Part shown: in pieces, positions 49,950 through 64,000 of the stretch | How the letters are laid out: each line of letters opens with the position of its first letter | Position numbering within the stretch: position 1 is the stretch's first letter | Notes under the pieces: model-generated | The model's input: the letters and a program-made list of their open reading frames with translations, nothing else | Databases searched by the model: none | Told to the model about the DNA's origin: nothing | Source: Lama guanicoe | Lineage: Eukaryota | NCBI GenBank assembly: GCA_013239625.1 | Contig: MU053557.1 | Span: 4,928,123 to 4,992,122, forward strand | Reading direction: 5' to 3' | Length of the DNA stretch: 64,000 nucleotides | Made by a program: the position numbers and the translations under genes

Positions 49950-50450
49950 ACAGACAAATAAGAAACCCATGATGTCCAAAGAAGATATATTGATGGCAAA
50001 TAAGCTCTTGAGAAGATACTCAAGATCATTAATCACTGGGGAAATGCACATTAAAACCACAAGCAGGTAACATTTCAAAGACGGCTACACCAAGTGTTGT
50101 CGAGGTCGTGGAACTCTTACACACTGTTGATAGGAATGTAAAATGGTACAACTACATTTTAAAAGTTTGACATTTTCTTTAAAAGTTAAATATATACTTG
50201 TCTTGTGATCGAGACATTCCATTCCTAGGTCCAGCTTTATCGTGATAGAGAAGCTGGAAGCAACCAACTGTTCATTCAGTGCATGGATAAACAAACTGTG
50301 GTCTATTTATATAATAGAATACTACTCAACAATAAAAAGTAATGAACGATTGATACATGCTACAACATGGGTGGATCTCAAAATAATTTTGCTTAAAGAA
50401 GAAAGCCAGACAAAAAAGTGTGCATACTATATAATATGTTATATAAAATT
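49950..50450 (+). mobile_element. Old L1M fragment
   Basis: atggataaacaaactgtggtctat...gaatactactcaacaataaaaag...aacatgggtggatctcaaaa. Confidence 0.65.
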
Positions 50451-52014
50451 CAAGGGGAGTTTCTGTCTCTTATCTTACCTCAAACTTTGTGGTGGCTTCC
50501 AGGAGTTGTGTATGATCATCTTAGTCTAACTCCATTTGTAAGAGTGTCATTGGCAATTTGGTTGCTGTTCTGCCAGGGTTTATCCATGTCATTCAGTCAT
50601 TAATTCAATTAATTGAGCACCTACCATGTGCAAGATCTAGAGTAGACCCAAGGTAATTGATGAATAAAAGAAACATGATCCCTGCCCTTATGGAGTTTCT
50701 GCTCTATACAACGAACCAGTAAAACAAATAGAATAAGAAACATGATTATTGGGAGAAAGGAGTGGTTCTTTGGAAGGCGAATGGGAGTCAGGGAAGACTT
50801 GTCTGGGTTTCAGGCTAAGAAATAAAGCAGTCAGTTTTATGTTTTTCACCACTCTACTCTAGTGCTATGCATCCAGTTCAGGAGAAGGGTGGTGGAGGTT
50901 TAGACTTGGGTAGTCTTAGAGGTGGGAAGCACCAAAAGAACTAATGGCTATCCTTAATACTACAGGACAGATCCCAGAGGCTGACGTTGACACTGATCAA
51001 CATTCTTTGAATTTGGCAGTTTTATCAGTTTTTAGTTTTTGTTACTTTCTTATTGCCTCCCCTCCTCCCCTAGCCTCCATCACCACATCTTATTCCATTA
51101 CTGCATCTCATTCCTTATTTGTAAGAATGTCATGAGAGACCATCAACACCCTGCTGATCCAGTTACACTAGGCTATAGCATTCCTTTGATCTACTGATCT
51201 AGTCCACTTTGGTTAAGGGAATGAGGGTAGTCTGGCATGACCTGTTCTGTTTTTTTGTTAACCTATTCTGGCTCCCTGTTTCCCTTTCTAAGGGCTGATA
51301 GACCATCTGTTTTAATCAGGTAGCAGAAACCCAACTCTGAGTGGCTTAGGCCAATGCAGGATGGGGAATGAAAATGTATTATCTCATACCAAGAAAATCC
51401 AAAGGGAATCAGCTTCCATCATGGCTGGATTGAGTAATGCCATCAGGGCTCAGTCTCATGGTCTGTCTGTATCTCAGTTTTATTTCTTTGGTGTTAGATG
51501 CATTGTCAGTCAGGCTCTGCTTTGTAGTTCTCATTACTTATTATTATCATCATGATTAGCTGTTCTCACCACCTACTTGAATATGATCAGTGAAGTGTCT
51601 CATCCAGGGTCATGCCACTCTCTCTATTTTAACAGTAATAGTAACAAAAACAACAGCTACTGTTATTGAGAACTTACCATGTACCAGAAACTTTGCTGGA
51701 CACTTTACATGGAGTATTTTATGAAATCTTATAATAGCCCTGTAAGGAAGGTTATACAGTTATCCCAGGAACCTGGCTGATTGATTGCAGAATCAGAATT
51801 TGAAATAAGGTTTTCTGGCTCCAGAGTCTAGGCTCCTAATCTTCACAGTGCCCCCTGCAGTCACTCTTCAGGGCTAAGAAAAGGAAAGCTAAGCCATCAA
51901 ATAGTGTACCTGTTTCTGAACCTTTTCTGAACATAAACCTTAAAATTTAGTTGGCAGTGATAGGGGCATAGCTTTGGAGGTTATTCTTACATTTTTGTCA
52001 ATCCCATATCATTC

Positions 52015-52262
52015 TTCTTTTCTTTGTTTTAATTGAAGTATAGTCAGTTTACAGTGTTGGGTCAATTTCCGGCTTATAGCATAATGTTTACATACATATA
52101 CATAATATATTCCTTTTCATATTCTTTTTCATCATAGGTTACTACAAGATATTGAATACAGTTCCCTGTACTATATGTATAACTTGTTGTTTATCTATTT
52201 TATATATAAGTATCTGCAAATCTTGAACTCCTAGTTTATCCCTTCCCACCCCCTTTCCCCTC
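52015..52262 (-). mobile_element. L1 3'UTR fragment
   Basis: aattgaagtatagtcagtttaca...tttatcccttcccaccccctttcccc, a typical L1 3' end. Confidence 0.85.
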
Positions 52263-53334
52263 AATCCCAGATCCTTCTTCATTTTAGAGTTCTGGAATCT
52301 CTTTGTATAGGGACCTCCCCTCTGACTTTTGTGAATATCTTTATAAACTAGGCTCATTAGCCAGGATCCCTTTGTGGCCACTTTTGTTTCTATAGGTATT
52401 TCCTCCCTTTATTCTTCAACAGGGTCTTTTGCTGTCACGATGCTTGAACTTCATCTTTGACAGTCTTCCCTGAACCCTAATCCCTAGAATCTCAGACAGA
52501 GGTTTTACTTCCTTTTAAAATTTTTTCTTAAATGTTTAAATTGACTTCCCTCTAGAACCTGGGGTGGAAGATTGTTGGATGTCCATCTTTTCTTGCCATG
52601 ACATTTTACATTTTCTTATGAAAGAACTTTAAGATGATGGTTTCACTTTTCCCTGGGATCTACTTACTTCCATTTCTTCATTCTGTTCTTCTGATTGGTC
52701 AGAATTAGCTTCAGAGTATCATTGCTGTTGTTACTTCTAACTTCTATTTTGAAAGGCATGAAATTATCAGGATGTCTATAACATTTATTTAGTCCCTCTG
52801 CTTTTAGTGAAATGAAACTTGGAGCAAGTAACCAGGTGTTTTAAATGCCCCATCCTTATTGTAGAGCCCTTTTTTCCCTTTTAAATTTGTATACTCAGAA
52901 TCCAGAAAAATGCTTGGCATGAAATAGCTGCTCCAAATATTTGTTGAATGAACATGTGAATGTCCAAATTTTCCTGTACCAGTATGAAGAGAAGAGAAGA
53001 GAAGAGAATGAACTGTTTTATCCTATCCTAGAGTCAGAAGTAGTCACTGCTTAACATTCAGCAGACTTTTTTTTTTTTCAGTACCAACTATATGCTAGAC
53101 CGATTTTAGTTCTTAATTGCCTATCACAGGTCATCAAAGAGGTCTCAGAGCTGAGCATGGGACTATATTGAAAGGCATTATTTTCCCAAATGTATTCTCC
53201 AAGACAAGCCTCCTTATCAGACCAGAAGAGAAAATGGAACAAAGGCACCCAGCCTGCTCTCCCAGGCTTTTAATCTGCATTTGTTCTGAGAGTGTCACAA
53301 AGACAGTGGATGACTTAAGCTGTCTAATACTTTG

Positions 53335-54510
53335 TTTTTGACTTTTTATTCTGAAATAATTATAGGTCAACTGGAAGTTGCAAGAAGAGTACAGAGAGGT
53401 TCTTTTCTTTACCAAGTTCCTCCAATGGTTACATCTTATTTAAATACAGCACAATGTTAAAACCAGGAAATTGGCATTGGCATAATATATGTGTATGATT
53501 GTTCTGTGCAGTTTTATTACATGTATAGATTTCTGTAACCACTGCCTCAATTATGGTACAGATCTATCCTGTCACCACAAATTTCTCCCTGGTGCTATTC
53601 CTTTGTAGTCACACCCACCTGCCCCCAACCCTCATCCCTAACCAGGTGATTATTCTGATCTCTGTCTCTATAATTTTGGATGTTATATAAATGGAATAAT
53701 ACAATATGTAACCTTTCCAGGTTGGGTTTTTTTTTTGCAGGCAGCATGATAGCCTCAAGAACCATTCAGTAGTTGCAGTTTATCAGTAGTTCATTCCTTT
53801 TTATTTCTGAGTATTCTGTGATATTTGATATACCACTTTTTTTTTTTTAGCTATCCACCTTTAAACTCACCTATTAAGCAACACTTTGGTTGTTTTCGGT
53901 TTTTAGCTATTACCAGTAAAGCTTCTATGAACATTTGGAATATTTGTAAACAGGTTTTTATATAGACATAAGTTTTCTTCCTCTGGAATAGATGCCCTGT
54001 GGCGTGATTGCTGGAAAGTATATGTTTAGTTTTTAAAGAAACTGACAAACTATTTTCCAGAGTAGCTGTACCATTTTTACATTCCCATCAGCAACGTATG
54101 AGAAATCCAGTTTCTCCATACCCTTGCCAGGACTTCATATTATAAAATATTTTTTGAGTAACAGTTTTATTGAGATATAATTCACCCATTTAAAGTGTAC
54201 ATATCAATGGTTTTTAGTATATTCACTGAGTTGTGCAACTAGCATCACAGTAAATTTAGAACATTTCACCATTCCCAAAAGAAACCCAGCCACCACATTC
54301 CAAACCTCTGTCCCTTCAGCCCTGGAAATTACTAATCTACTTTCTGTTTCTATAGATTTACCTATTCTGGACATTTCATGTAAATAGAATCATAAAATAT
54401 GTGGTCTTTTGTGACTAACTTCTTTCATTTAGCAAAATGTTTTCAAGATTCTTTCATGTTATAGCACAAATCAGTACTTTATTCCTTTTCATTGCCAAAT
54501 AATATATAAT
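53335..54510 (-). mobile_element. Old L1M (L1MB/L1MC-like) fragments
   Basis: ttttattgagatataattcacc...ctttctgtttctatagatttacctattctggacatttcat; aactattttccagagtagctgtaccattttt. Confidence 0.7.
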
Positions 54511-55309
54511 ATTTTTAATGAAATAAAAATGTATTTCTTTCCATTATATGGACTATAAACTAAGAGAATAACAAAATGCTACAGAGATGTTCTGCTAGGC
54601 CTGCTTGGAGGTCTAGATTGTAATTAACCTAAGTGCAAATTAACCTAAGTGCTATTTTAAATATTTAGCAGTGCTCTGTGAAGTATTGCTTATGCTTTTT
54701 GTTTATTTAGCAACAATTCTGAATGGTGAAACCTGAGTAGTTCTGAAATCCCATCAGGATTTTTCTAGAGATGCAATGTACTGGGAGATAAATGTCAGCA
54801 ATTCAGGCCAGGGACAGTTCAGCAAGCCAGTGGCAGTATTCAGGATCTGGACTAGAGCTGTGCATCAGAACAATGGGTTTAGGATCTTTCTGAACCCCCT
54901 GCCTTCTGAGCAACCTTGCTCTCCCCAGACACCTGTACATACGATCTGATCTGTGGGTCAGTATTCCCAGGACGGAAACTTCTGCTACTAATACATTGAA
55001 AAGGGCCATTTATGTGTGCAAATATGTATTTGTATATGCATAAACATTGTGAGACAGAGGAGGACCCAAAGAATGGGTGTTCTTCTAGTCTCCAAGGGCT
55101 TAGTGTCTAGCCAGGAAGATGAGGCATAGCTCTAAATAACCCAAGGCCAAATGGGATGTATTCCACTTTAAATATTAGGAAATATTTTAACCATCCAGAA
55201 AAGAACAGAGAACAAAACAACAAATGCTTGTGTTCTTACTACCTGGCTTTGTTTAATTTTAACATTTTTGCCATATTTGCTTCAGTTTTTGTTTTTTTTT
55301 AACAAAACA

Positions 55310-55725
55310 TCTCAGGTACTCAGCGATAAAAAAGAAGGAACTAGGAACTATTGATAACACACAATAGCTTAGATGAGTCTCCAGAGAATTATGCTGATTA
55401 AATAAAGTCAGCCCCAAAAAGTTGTATACTGTTTGATTCAAATATGCATACTATATGATTTACATACAACTTTGAACTGACAAGACTGTAGAAGTGGAGA
55501 TAGATTCCTGGTTGCCGAGGGTTAAGGATAGGATAGGGCTGGAATTAAGTGGGTAAAAAAGGCAACACGAAGGATCCTTGAGATGGAACTGTTCTGCATC
55601 TTGACTGTGTCAGTGTCAACATCTTGGCTGTGTTACTGTATTAAATAGTTTTGCATGATATTACCATTGGGGAAATTGGGTAAAGGGTATATAGAACCTC
55701 TGTATTACTCCTTCCAACTGCATTT
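55310..55725 (+). mobile_element. Old L1M 3' fragment
   Basis: ccagagaattatgctgattaaataaagtcagcc...gatattaccattggggaaattgggtaaagggtata. Confidence 0.6.
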
Positions 55726-55989
55726 AGTATTTATTTTTAACATGGACATTCTTTACTTCTGATCAGTGCCCCCTTTTCTTTAATAATTAAAGCAGATGTG
55801 ACAATGTATGTTCCATAGGCCACAAACAGGCTGTTTTAGTTAGCATAAAATTTGAGTTAAATCATATATGAGTCAGAATGACTTCCCCGTACCTCACTGT
55901 ATGAAAATTTTTTTCATCACTTGGATTTATTGCTAATCACTTCCATGAAAAATTTAGTATCTGTGCTACATGTGTATGTATCTCTAAAC

Positions 55990-58130
55990 AATATCTAGCA
56001 TTGTTTTGTATATTTTAAACTTTAAAAAATGGTATCATACTCTGTGTATCCTTCTAGGACTTGTTTATATATGTATTTTCCTCTTTACAGTGTTTGTGAG
56101 GATATCCATATTGATACATGAATCTATAGTTTATTCATTTTTGTTGTTGTTCAGCATTCCATTAAATGGCTACACCGCAAGTTATTTGTCCATTTTCCTT
56201 GGGACATTTATGGTTTTTTTTTCTAATTTTCTGTTACTTCAACAGTACTGCAGTGAACTTTCTTGTCTACATTTCTTGTGTGTATGTGGAGAAGTCTCTT
56301 GAAGGCAGGATATATCTAGGAGAAGAACTCCTTGGCCTGAGAATATGCACATTTTCACCTTCTCTAAATATTACCAAATTGCTCTTCAGGGTGGTTGCAA
56401 CAATTTCCATTATCATATCAATATATGAGATTTCCCATTTATCTATTATCTTCCCAACATTTTATTTTTATATCTTGCCAATCTGTTGGGGATGAAATGG
56501 TATCTCATTGTGGTTTTAATTATTCACATTTGCCTAGGTACTAGTGAATTGGAAATCTTTCCATTTGTATATTAGCCATTTAAATTTTTTTCTTTTGTGT
56601 ATTACCTGTTCGTGCCTGTATCAGCCAGGTTTTAGTTGGAGATAACACAAATCATTCTGTTCTAATCATTAAAAGAGGGTCTAAGGTGCTTACCAAGTTG
56701 GTGGAGGGGCTGGAGAAGCAGGTCACAGAAGGGGCCTCAGGACTGAGTCCCAGAGCAATAATATAGGAAAGGCCCTCCAAAGAAACTGCTAGCCCATAAC
56801 AATCAGGAAATGAGAACTGGGAAGCTGCTGTCCCTGCTGCTGGCTTCAAGATTCCACGACTTCAGCCGCAACCTGTTGCCAGAACTACTGACTCCGGCAC
56901 AATGCAGTACCTGCTTCATCAAATGGATATCTCAAGCACTGCTTCTCTTCCTGCTTAGCTCATTTCCAAATCTGGGCTCACTTGAGACCATCAAATTGGT
57001 GGGATCTTAGAATCTTAGTTGCAAGGGAGTCTGGAAAGCTGGGTTTTAGCTCTCCAGTATCAGCATTGCAGCAAGACATAATAGGAGGAGATTAAAATTG
57101 ACACTGAATGAACCCAGACACTGTTTTTGCAATCATATCCTTTGTCTGGTTTTCTTTTAGATTGCATTGTTTTAATGATTCATAGAAGTTCTTTATATAG
57201 TCTAGATATTAAACTTTTTTAGATTATATTAACTACAGATATCTTCTGGTCCAAGGCCTCTCTTTTCCTTTTGATTTTACAATTGTTTATGAACAGAACT
57301 TTTCAATATTACTGTCATCAGATGTATCAACTTTTCTTTTGGGGTTTGCACATTTTATATTTTGTTGAAAAAAATCCTTCCCTTCTAGACAATATAAAAA
57401 TATTTTCCTGTTTCTTCTAAGAATTTAGAGTTTCACATTTAACATTTAGGGCTTTAATCCATCTGGAATGTATTTGGGGTGTTTTGGGGTTTTTTTATAG
57501 AGGAGACCAATTGCCCCATGGACTGTCTTTTCCCAGTAACTTATAGTGACACTTATGTCATATATCAAGTTTCCAAATTTACTGTGGTCTGTTTCTGGGC
57601 TCTCCAACCTGTTCCACTGATCTGTTTTCCCCTATGTCAATACCATACTTTTTAATCATTATGACTTTCAAATAGATCTAGCTGTCTGGTAGGACAAATA
57701 CCCCTACCTTGTTCTTCAGAGTTCTCTTAGCCTTTTACTTGTCCATATATGTTTTAGAATAATTTTATTATGTTCTACTAAAAACAACAACAAAAAAACC
57801 CCAAACCCTATTGGGAGTTTTACTGAAATTGTATTGAAGCCATTTGGGCAATTTTTTTTTTGTCTTTATGATATTGATTCATCCTATCCATGAAAATAGT
57901 GTATCTCTACTTGTAATTAGTTCTTTGATGTATTTCAATAAAATTTTATGATTTTTTTGTTAAAGTCTTATACATCTTTTGTTAAATCAAGATACTTAAG
58001 AAGGAATAAGTATTAAGTATTAATATATTATTAAGTCTTTTTATTATTGTGCTGCTATTTTTCCTTAAATTGCACTTTTATATATTGTTGGTATATATAG
58101 GAATATGATAAATTTTTTTCAATGTTGATC
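55990..58130 (-). mobile_element. Old L1ME-like remnant with a probable LTR insert (~56620-57120)
   Basis: Degenerate L1 motifs (aaatggtatctcattgtggttttaat; ctgtttctgggctctc). Confidence 0.55.
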
Positions 58131-58857
58131 TCTAGCAAAATTAAGAGATTCTCACTTTTTCTTGCAGTTAGTGTTTAGTTCACTTCAAAGCTATAAAAGT
58201 GTGTAATTTAAAGAGATGGATAGTTCTGCATTTGTCATGAGAAACAGAGACAGATGATTCTATAATGTTTGTCATGAAAAGCAGCTCGTCCTCTTCTCTT
58301 TCCTGCTCCAGCCACTGCCAGGCAGTTCCTTATATCATTTTTAGCTGATTACTTTATAGCACACGTGTACCGCTGCTTCTTGAGCTTTCAATTTAGGCAT
58401 TGTTCTTTGATTTCCTCTATGGAATATGAGGCTTTAGCTTTTTTTCACTCCCTCTCCATCACCCTATCCTCTCAGTACTTAATATGAATTAGATCACTTG
58501 CATTATTATATCTGTGGATTCTACTTATAATCGAACCAGGTAGTGACATGTAATTACTTTTATCTTTTCTGCACAGTTACGACAACTCTTGTTTTTGTTG
58601 ATTGGTTTGTTTTTCAGTTTTGTATGAATTGTCTGTGTAATTATGCCTAAATAAGCACCATATTCTCTACTGATTCAAAAAATCTGTTCTCGAGACATTC
58701 TAGTACTATAGCCCAGTTCGTTTGCTGTCTCTCTGTAGCCAACAGTCAAACCTAGGATTTTCTTTCCTCTATCCTGGGGATTTCCTCAGTCCCTCTCACA
58801 TATTAGATCACCAATTCCTTGTATCTTGTGTCTTTCTGTTTCTTGACATCTTTCTTT

Positions 58858-59560
58858 TTTTTTTAACATTTTTTATTGATTTATAATAATTTCACGATGT
58901 TGTGTCAAATTCCAGTGTAGAGCACAATTTTTCAGTTAGACATGAACATATATATATTCATTGTCACATTTTTTTTCTCTGTGAGCTACCATAAAATCTT
59001 GTATATATTTCCCTGTGCTATACAGTATAATCTTGTTTATCTATTCTACATTTTGAAATCCCAGTCTATCCCTTCCCACCCTCTACCCCCCTGGTAACCA
59101 CAAGTCTGTATTCTCTGTCCATGAGTCTTTAGATTCCACATATGAGCGATCTCATATGGTATTTTTCTTTCTCTTTCTGGCTTACTTCACTTAGAATGAC
59201 ATTCTCCAGGAGCATCCATGTTGCTGCAAATGGCGTTATGTTGTTGGTTTTTGTGGCTGAATAGTATTCCATTGTATAAATATACCACATCTTCTTTATC
59301 GAATCATCTGTTGATGGACATTTGGGCTGTTTCCATGTCTTGGCTATTGTAAATAGTGCTGCTATGAACATTGGGGTGCATGTGTCATTTTGGAGTAGAG
59401 TTCCTTCTGGATATATGCCCAGGAGTGGAATTCCTGGGTCATAGGGTAAGTCTATTCCTAGTCTTTTGAGGAATCTCCATACTGTTTTCCACAGTGGCTG
59501 CACCAAACTACATTCCCACCAGCAGTGTAGAAGGGTTCCCTTTTTTCCACAGCCTCTCCA
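58858..59560 (-). mobile_element. 5'-truncated, relatively young LINE-1 (ORF2 C-terminus, 3'UTR, polyA)
   Basis: ORF 59129-59590 gives L1 ORF2 C-terminal sequence (HCWWEC...PMFIAALFTIAKTWKQPKCP...WYIYTMEYYSA); TSD 13/15 at 58843-58857 and 59561-59575. Confidence 0.95.
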
Positions 59561-60060
59561 TTGACTTATTTCTTTATTTTGGTGGAACATATTCTCCTAC
59601 AGTTTCCTGAGGACAGGAATATATAAGACAAATTCTCCAGGCCTTCAAGGTTCTGTAGTTTCTCCTCAATGTGTTTAGATGTAATTTTTTTTTAACATGC
59701 TGCTTGGGACTTGTACTTTCTGGATTTAAGAATTCACAGCTTTTATAAATTCTGGACAGTTCTTAGTCTCATGTCTTCAGATGTTGCCTCTCCTCATTCT
59801 CTTTGTTCTTTGCTTCTGGAACACAGAGTTGATGCATGACCTCTTTGTTTCAATATCCAGATCCCCTAATTCTCTTTCCTATTTTTCCTGATTTTTTTCT
59901 TTCTTTTTAGCAGTCTGGATAATTTCTTAACATCTATCTGCTCCTTTACTATTTCTCTTTATCATAATTGTTTAACTTGTCCATTCAGCTTTTAATTTCA
60001 AAGACTAATTTTTAATTTCTGTAAGTTCTACTTGGTGCTTTAAAAAATCATATGGGTATG

Positions 60061-60065
60061 TATTT

Positions 60066-60095
<30 letters not shown>
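60061..60095. repeat. (TTTA)n microsatellite
   Basis: Direct reading. Confidence 0.9.
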
Positions 60096-60096
<1 letters not shown>

Positions 60097-61638
60097 TTTT
60101 CTGGTCCTGTCTGTTTTATAGTTTTTATCTAATAGTTTGATTATCTGATGTTCTTGTGGTCTGATCCTACTCTTTGTTGTCTCTGATGATGCTCACTTGC
60201 AATGAAGTTCTTGTAATTTTGGAATTTATCTCATCTTTAGGATAGGGTTATCTGTTGGAGTACCATGTGGCATAGGTGAAGGATATGTCCTCCTGGAGAC
60301 ATTTTATTTTTCCTATGGGTACTCATAGTAGCATTAGTCCAGGACTTCTTTTTTTTGTTTATTTCTCAGCATTGGGCTACTTGGACTGCATGTAGAGTGT
60401 ACATTTGAACCTACAACCCAGTGAAAGCAGGCTTGTTGTTAAGAATTTTCAGAGGGGATCTTTTCCTTCACCCAGAATCCAATCCAAGATGTAGAAGCAT
60501 CTTTGTCATCTTCTGTGTGGGTGAAGGGACATTTTTTTCTGATTCACCATTTCACTGGCGTGTTTTGAGGGTCCCAGTTCTGTGAAGGAGCTTGTCTCCT
60601 GTTCCTGCATGGGCGCTAATGCCCAAGTCCCTGGTTCACTGAGCTCAACAAGTGTCCTCTTCCCTGCCCACTCCATCCACTTTGGCTAGAGCTGCATCAG
60701 CTCAATTGCTTCTGCTCTGATTTTCAGTTCCCCCTGTTTTGGGGGCCCTGCTGATTTCCTTTACTCTCTTGCAAGCCCTGTCATGCAGTGAAAAGGAAGT
60801 TTGTTATAGCTGATCTGGCATTTCTAGGTGTTTTGCAGTAGGGAGATTCTTCTTGTTTACAGTATTGCCTTTGTACTTTTTAAAGTTAGAAATAAAGGAG
60901 AAAAGTACATCTCACTGGATGAGGAAAGGCCTTAAAGATGGATGTCAGAGGATAGAGACGTGGGAGGGGGCACAACAGGTGCAAAAGCATGAAGGCAGGA
61001 AGTGACCATGCAGGAATGGAGAAGAGCACATCACTTTCTTTCACTGGAATGTGTCAGGGAAAAGGAAAATGAGATTCAGCTGGACCATGGAGCAACAGAG
61101 AGCCACTAAAGTCTCACAGCAGGGAACAGAAGGATCACAAGCTCTGTTTCAGGAAGTTTATAAACTGGAAGCATGTCCAGGATGAACGGGTGTGGCTGGA
61201 AGCAGGTGGGAGAGGGGTTTGGATTTGGAAAGATGTCTCTGGAGGCTGTGGAAATAGCCCAGGTACTAGGTAGTACAGCCTGAGTCGGGGAGTCAGGAAG
61301 GAGAGGAGGGAACTACCAGGAGGGAGACTCAGCTAACCAGATGAAGAAATCTGGGTCAAGAGCTGGGGGAAAATAGAAGAAAAGCCAGGCAAGCACATTG
61401 TCTGAATCCTGGGAAATGAATTTAAAATGTCAACAATTATCTGAGCTGCATTCTACCTTTTAAGATTGTTCAGATACTGCCCACAAACGCTAATGCACAG
61501 TTGGTCTCGACTCTGTATGCAGCTGAAGATGTTTTTAGGTCACTTGATGAAAGGTTGTCTTTGGATTAGCGACAGCATGTCCCAGCAGAGCTTCCAGAAG
61601 TGAGTGGGGATGTGTTTGTCTTCTCAGAACCTGCTGAC

Positions 61639-61824
61639 ATGACTGATCATGGGGATGATGAGCCATCCTCCAGTACAGGGAGTCCGAACGGGGAAGGTCG
61701 GGTCTCTGAGGACAAATCCTTGCTTCATCAAAAGCTGGCAGTCAGGGAACTCATCGACACAGAGGTCTCCTACTTGCACATGCTCCAGCTCTGTGCCTCA
61801 GACATCAGGAGCCACCTGCAGCAG
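61639..61824 (+). CDS. ARHGEF37: Rho guanine nucleotide exchange factor 37, first coding exon ([62 protein letters not shown])
   Basis: Acceptor ttctcag| with exon start 61628, ATG 61639, donor CAG|GTACGA; DH-domain start motif ELIDTEVSY; synteny with CSNK1A1. Confidence 0.93.
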
Positions 61825-63023
61825 GTACGAGGGTGGGGCCACACTTAGCCTGTCTTTATAGCGGCAAACGTAGGTCCCAGCTTCTGAGACCTCACATCTG
61901 TTCCTGGAGCAGGCTTGTTGGAGGGGAATGTGTGGTGGATGTGAAGTCACCTGGATGTAAGCCCCAGTACTTCCACTTACTGGCCCAGCAACCTTCAGCA
62001 AGGCCTTAAACACCCTAGTACCTTTGTATATTCACCTGTTGAATGTGGGGAGGAATAATCACCTCAGAGAATTAAGTGAGCTAATGGGTAAAATAGCCAT
62101 TTATTAGGTTTAGAACAGATTGCTTTAAGCGACCTGCATTCTAATTGTCTCATTTGGAGGATGGTAAAAATGGATAAGTTATCACTATGATGGGTTTCTA
62201 TTTTAATGTTCTTTTTTTTTTGCATCTTTTTCTTTCCTGATTTCAGAAATAACACAGGCTTTCTCTCTAAATGTTCAAGGATCCCCTAGAATGTAAGCTC
62301 CATAAGGGGAGAAACTGTTTAGTTCAATATATCCCAGTTCTTGATACATAAGTAATAGACTTCAATTAGTGTTTATTGAGTAAATGAAATAATCAGGTAG
62401 GTAATGTAGAAGATGAAAGTCTTCTTGTATTTCACCCTCCAGAAATTGGGATTTTTCTCTGCAGGCATTAAACAAACATAGTTTGTTACTTACTTTAATA
62501 AAAATAAGAGCATACTCTGGATGTTTTTCTAAGTTAGATTTTCCCACTTGATTGTGCCTCCAGGACATCTTTCTATCGATGAACATATATAGATGTCCTG
62601 CATACTTTTAAACAGTGGTATGGCTTAATTCATAGGGGCTGGAGTTCAGAGTGTTTCTCAAGGTAATGGTGGTAGATGCCAAGTATGTTAGAGCTGGAAA
62701 GAAGTCCAGCTTCCCACCCTTATATGACAGATGGTGAAAATGAGAGAATGAAAATTACAGTTGGCAGCAGATCTAGGATAAAACCCTAGTTCAGCTTTCC
62801 TTTTATGCTGAGCGCTCCATCTCGTCCTCTCTTCTTGTAATGAAAATAACTAATTTATAACATTACAAACTCCTTGCAAACATTCCACTGGGACATTCTT
62901 GCCAAGAATGATGGGACCCTGATGATGTGAATGTTCTAGACTACCATCAAAGCCTGCAAAAAAAAAAAAAGTCACTCTACCCACCTCCCAAGTGACTTCT
63001 TATGACTGTTTTTTTCCTTCCAG

Positions 63024-63147
63024 CTGCCACAGGGAGATCTGGATGTCCTGTTCTCAAACATTGATGATATCATCAAGGTGAACAGCAGATTGCTTCATGA
63101 TCTGCAGGAAACAGCCTCCAGGGAAGAGGAACAAGTGCAGCTGATTG
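63024..63147 (+). CDS. ARHGEF37: ARHGEF37 second coding exon ([42 protein letters not shown])
   Basis: 124 nt; pyrimidine tract plus cag acceptor, donor TTG|GTAAGC; DH-domain LFSNI motif in frame with the previous exon. Confidence 0.93.
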
Positions 63148-63419
63148 GTAAGCAAAAGATCAGGAAGCTGTTAGCTGGAGGTTCCTGTGGAATTGTTTTC
63201 GGCATGTGGTCACTGCTGTACTGTCTCCAGAGTTCCAGGGAAATGCAGCTTAATTAATCTGTCTTGGTAATCCCTGAAACATTGCATGTTAGAGCTGGCA
63301 AGACCCTCAAATAATATCCAGTCCAACCCCATCGCTTTACAGATGGACTGAGGCCCAGAGACAGGAAGGGACATCCTCATGGACACATAATTGGTTAGTG
63401 GCATGGCTGAGTCTATAGT

Positions 63420-64000
63420 ATGGACTCTTTCACATTCGTGCATTGAACAATTATCTACTGAGCACCTGCAGTGTGCCAGTCACTGCTGTGTGCCTGGTCA
63501 CAGCATCAACAAGAGGATTTGATCTTCTGTTCTTATGGATTAACAAATTAGTGAGAAAGACAGATGATACACAGATAAACAGAAGAATTTTCAGTAGTAA
63601 TTTATAATTTGAAGACTAACAGTTGTACTAACTTTTGAGATAAGAGAAGGCCTCCTGAGGAGGTGACATTTGAACTGAGACCTAAATGTTAGGAATGAGC
63701 CATCAGTGAGAAGATCTGGAAAGAGAGTAGAGAGAATAGCTGTGCAAAGGTCCTGAGGCAGGGATGAGCCTGGGATATTCGAAGGACAGGCAGAAAGAAC
63801 GCTGATGTGTCTCCAGGGGGATTAGTGAGGGGAGAGTGTTTGGAGATGAGATAGAAGAGGCAGAGAAGGACCAGATTGTGCAGGGCCTTCTAGGCCATGG
63901 TAAAGAATGTGGATTTTATTCTAAATGTGATGAGAAGTTGTTGGACAACTTTGAGCAGGGAAGTGATATGGTCAGATTTGTTTTTCAAAGATCTCTTAGG
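63420..64000 (+). mobile_element. LINE-2 remnant
   Basis: tactgagcacctgcagtgtgccag; gaggaggtgacatttgaactgagacct; gtgcaaaggtcctgaggcagg. Confidence 0.7.

Noticed and set aside
59129..59590. 153-aa ORF
   Set aside because: C-terminal fragment of L1 ORF2 in a 5'-truncated copy; not a host gene
1..64000. CRISPR arrays, rRNA, operons or other prokaryotic systems
   Set aside because: Sequence is intron-rich mammalian DNA; no spaced direct-repeat arrays or rRNA similarity seen

Overview
Mammalian genomic DNA, most likely camelid, judging from the vic-1-like tRNA-derived SINEs and the style of the L1 3' ends. The left half holds the 5' part of CSNK1A1 (casein kinase 1 alpha) on the minus strand: a CpG-island promoter at ~30.2-31.4 kb, coding exons 1-7 and the alternatively spliced 84-nt 'L' exon; the gene runs off the left edge. 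The right half holds the 5' end of the divergent ARHGEF37 gene on the plus strand: a CpG island with a non-coding exon at ~47.0-47.5 kb and the first two coding exons at 61.6 and 63.0 kb. The rest is intronic or intergenic sequence with L1, L2, MIR, MER5, Tigger1, MLT1/MLT2 and SINE copies. The strongest unexplained signal is in the introns around the CSNK1A1 L exon (2.6-9.1 kb), where I recognised no transposons. They contain several nested imperfect inverted repeats; in several of them the mismatches read as G-U pairs only on the transcribed strand. The same introns carry clustered RBFOX motifs and unused strong splice donors. Together these suggest a long-range RNA-structure system controlling L-exon and possibly poison-exon splicing. 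This is inference from manual pairing, not from computation. Repeat boundaries are approximate and assigned by eye.
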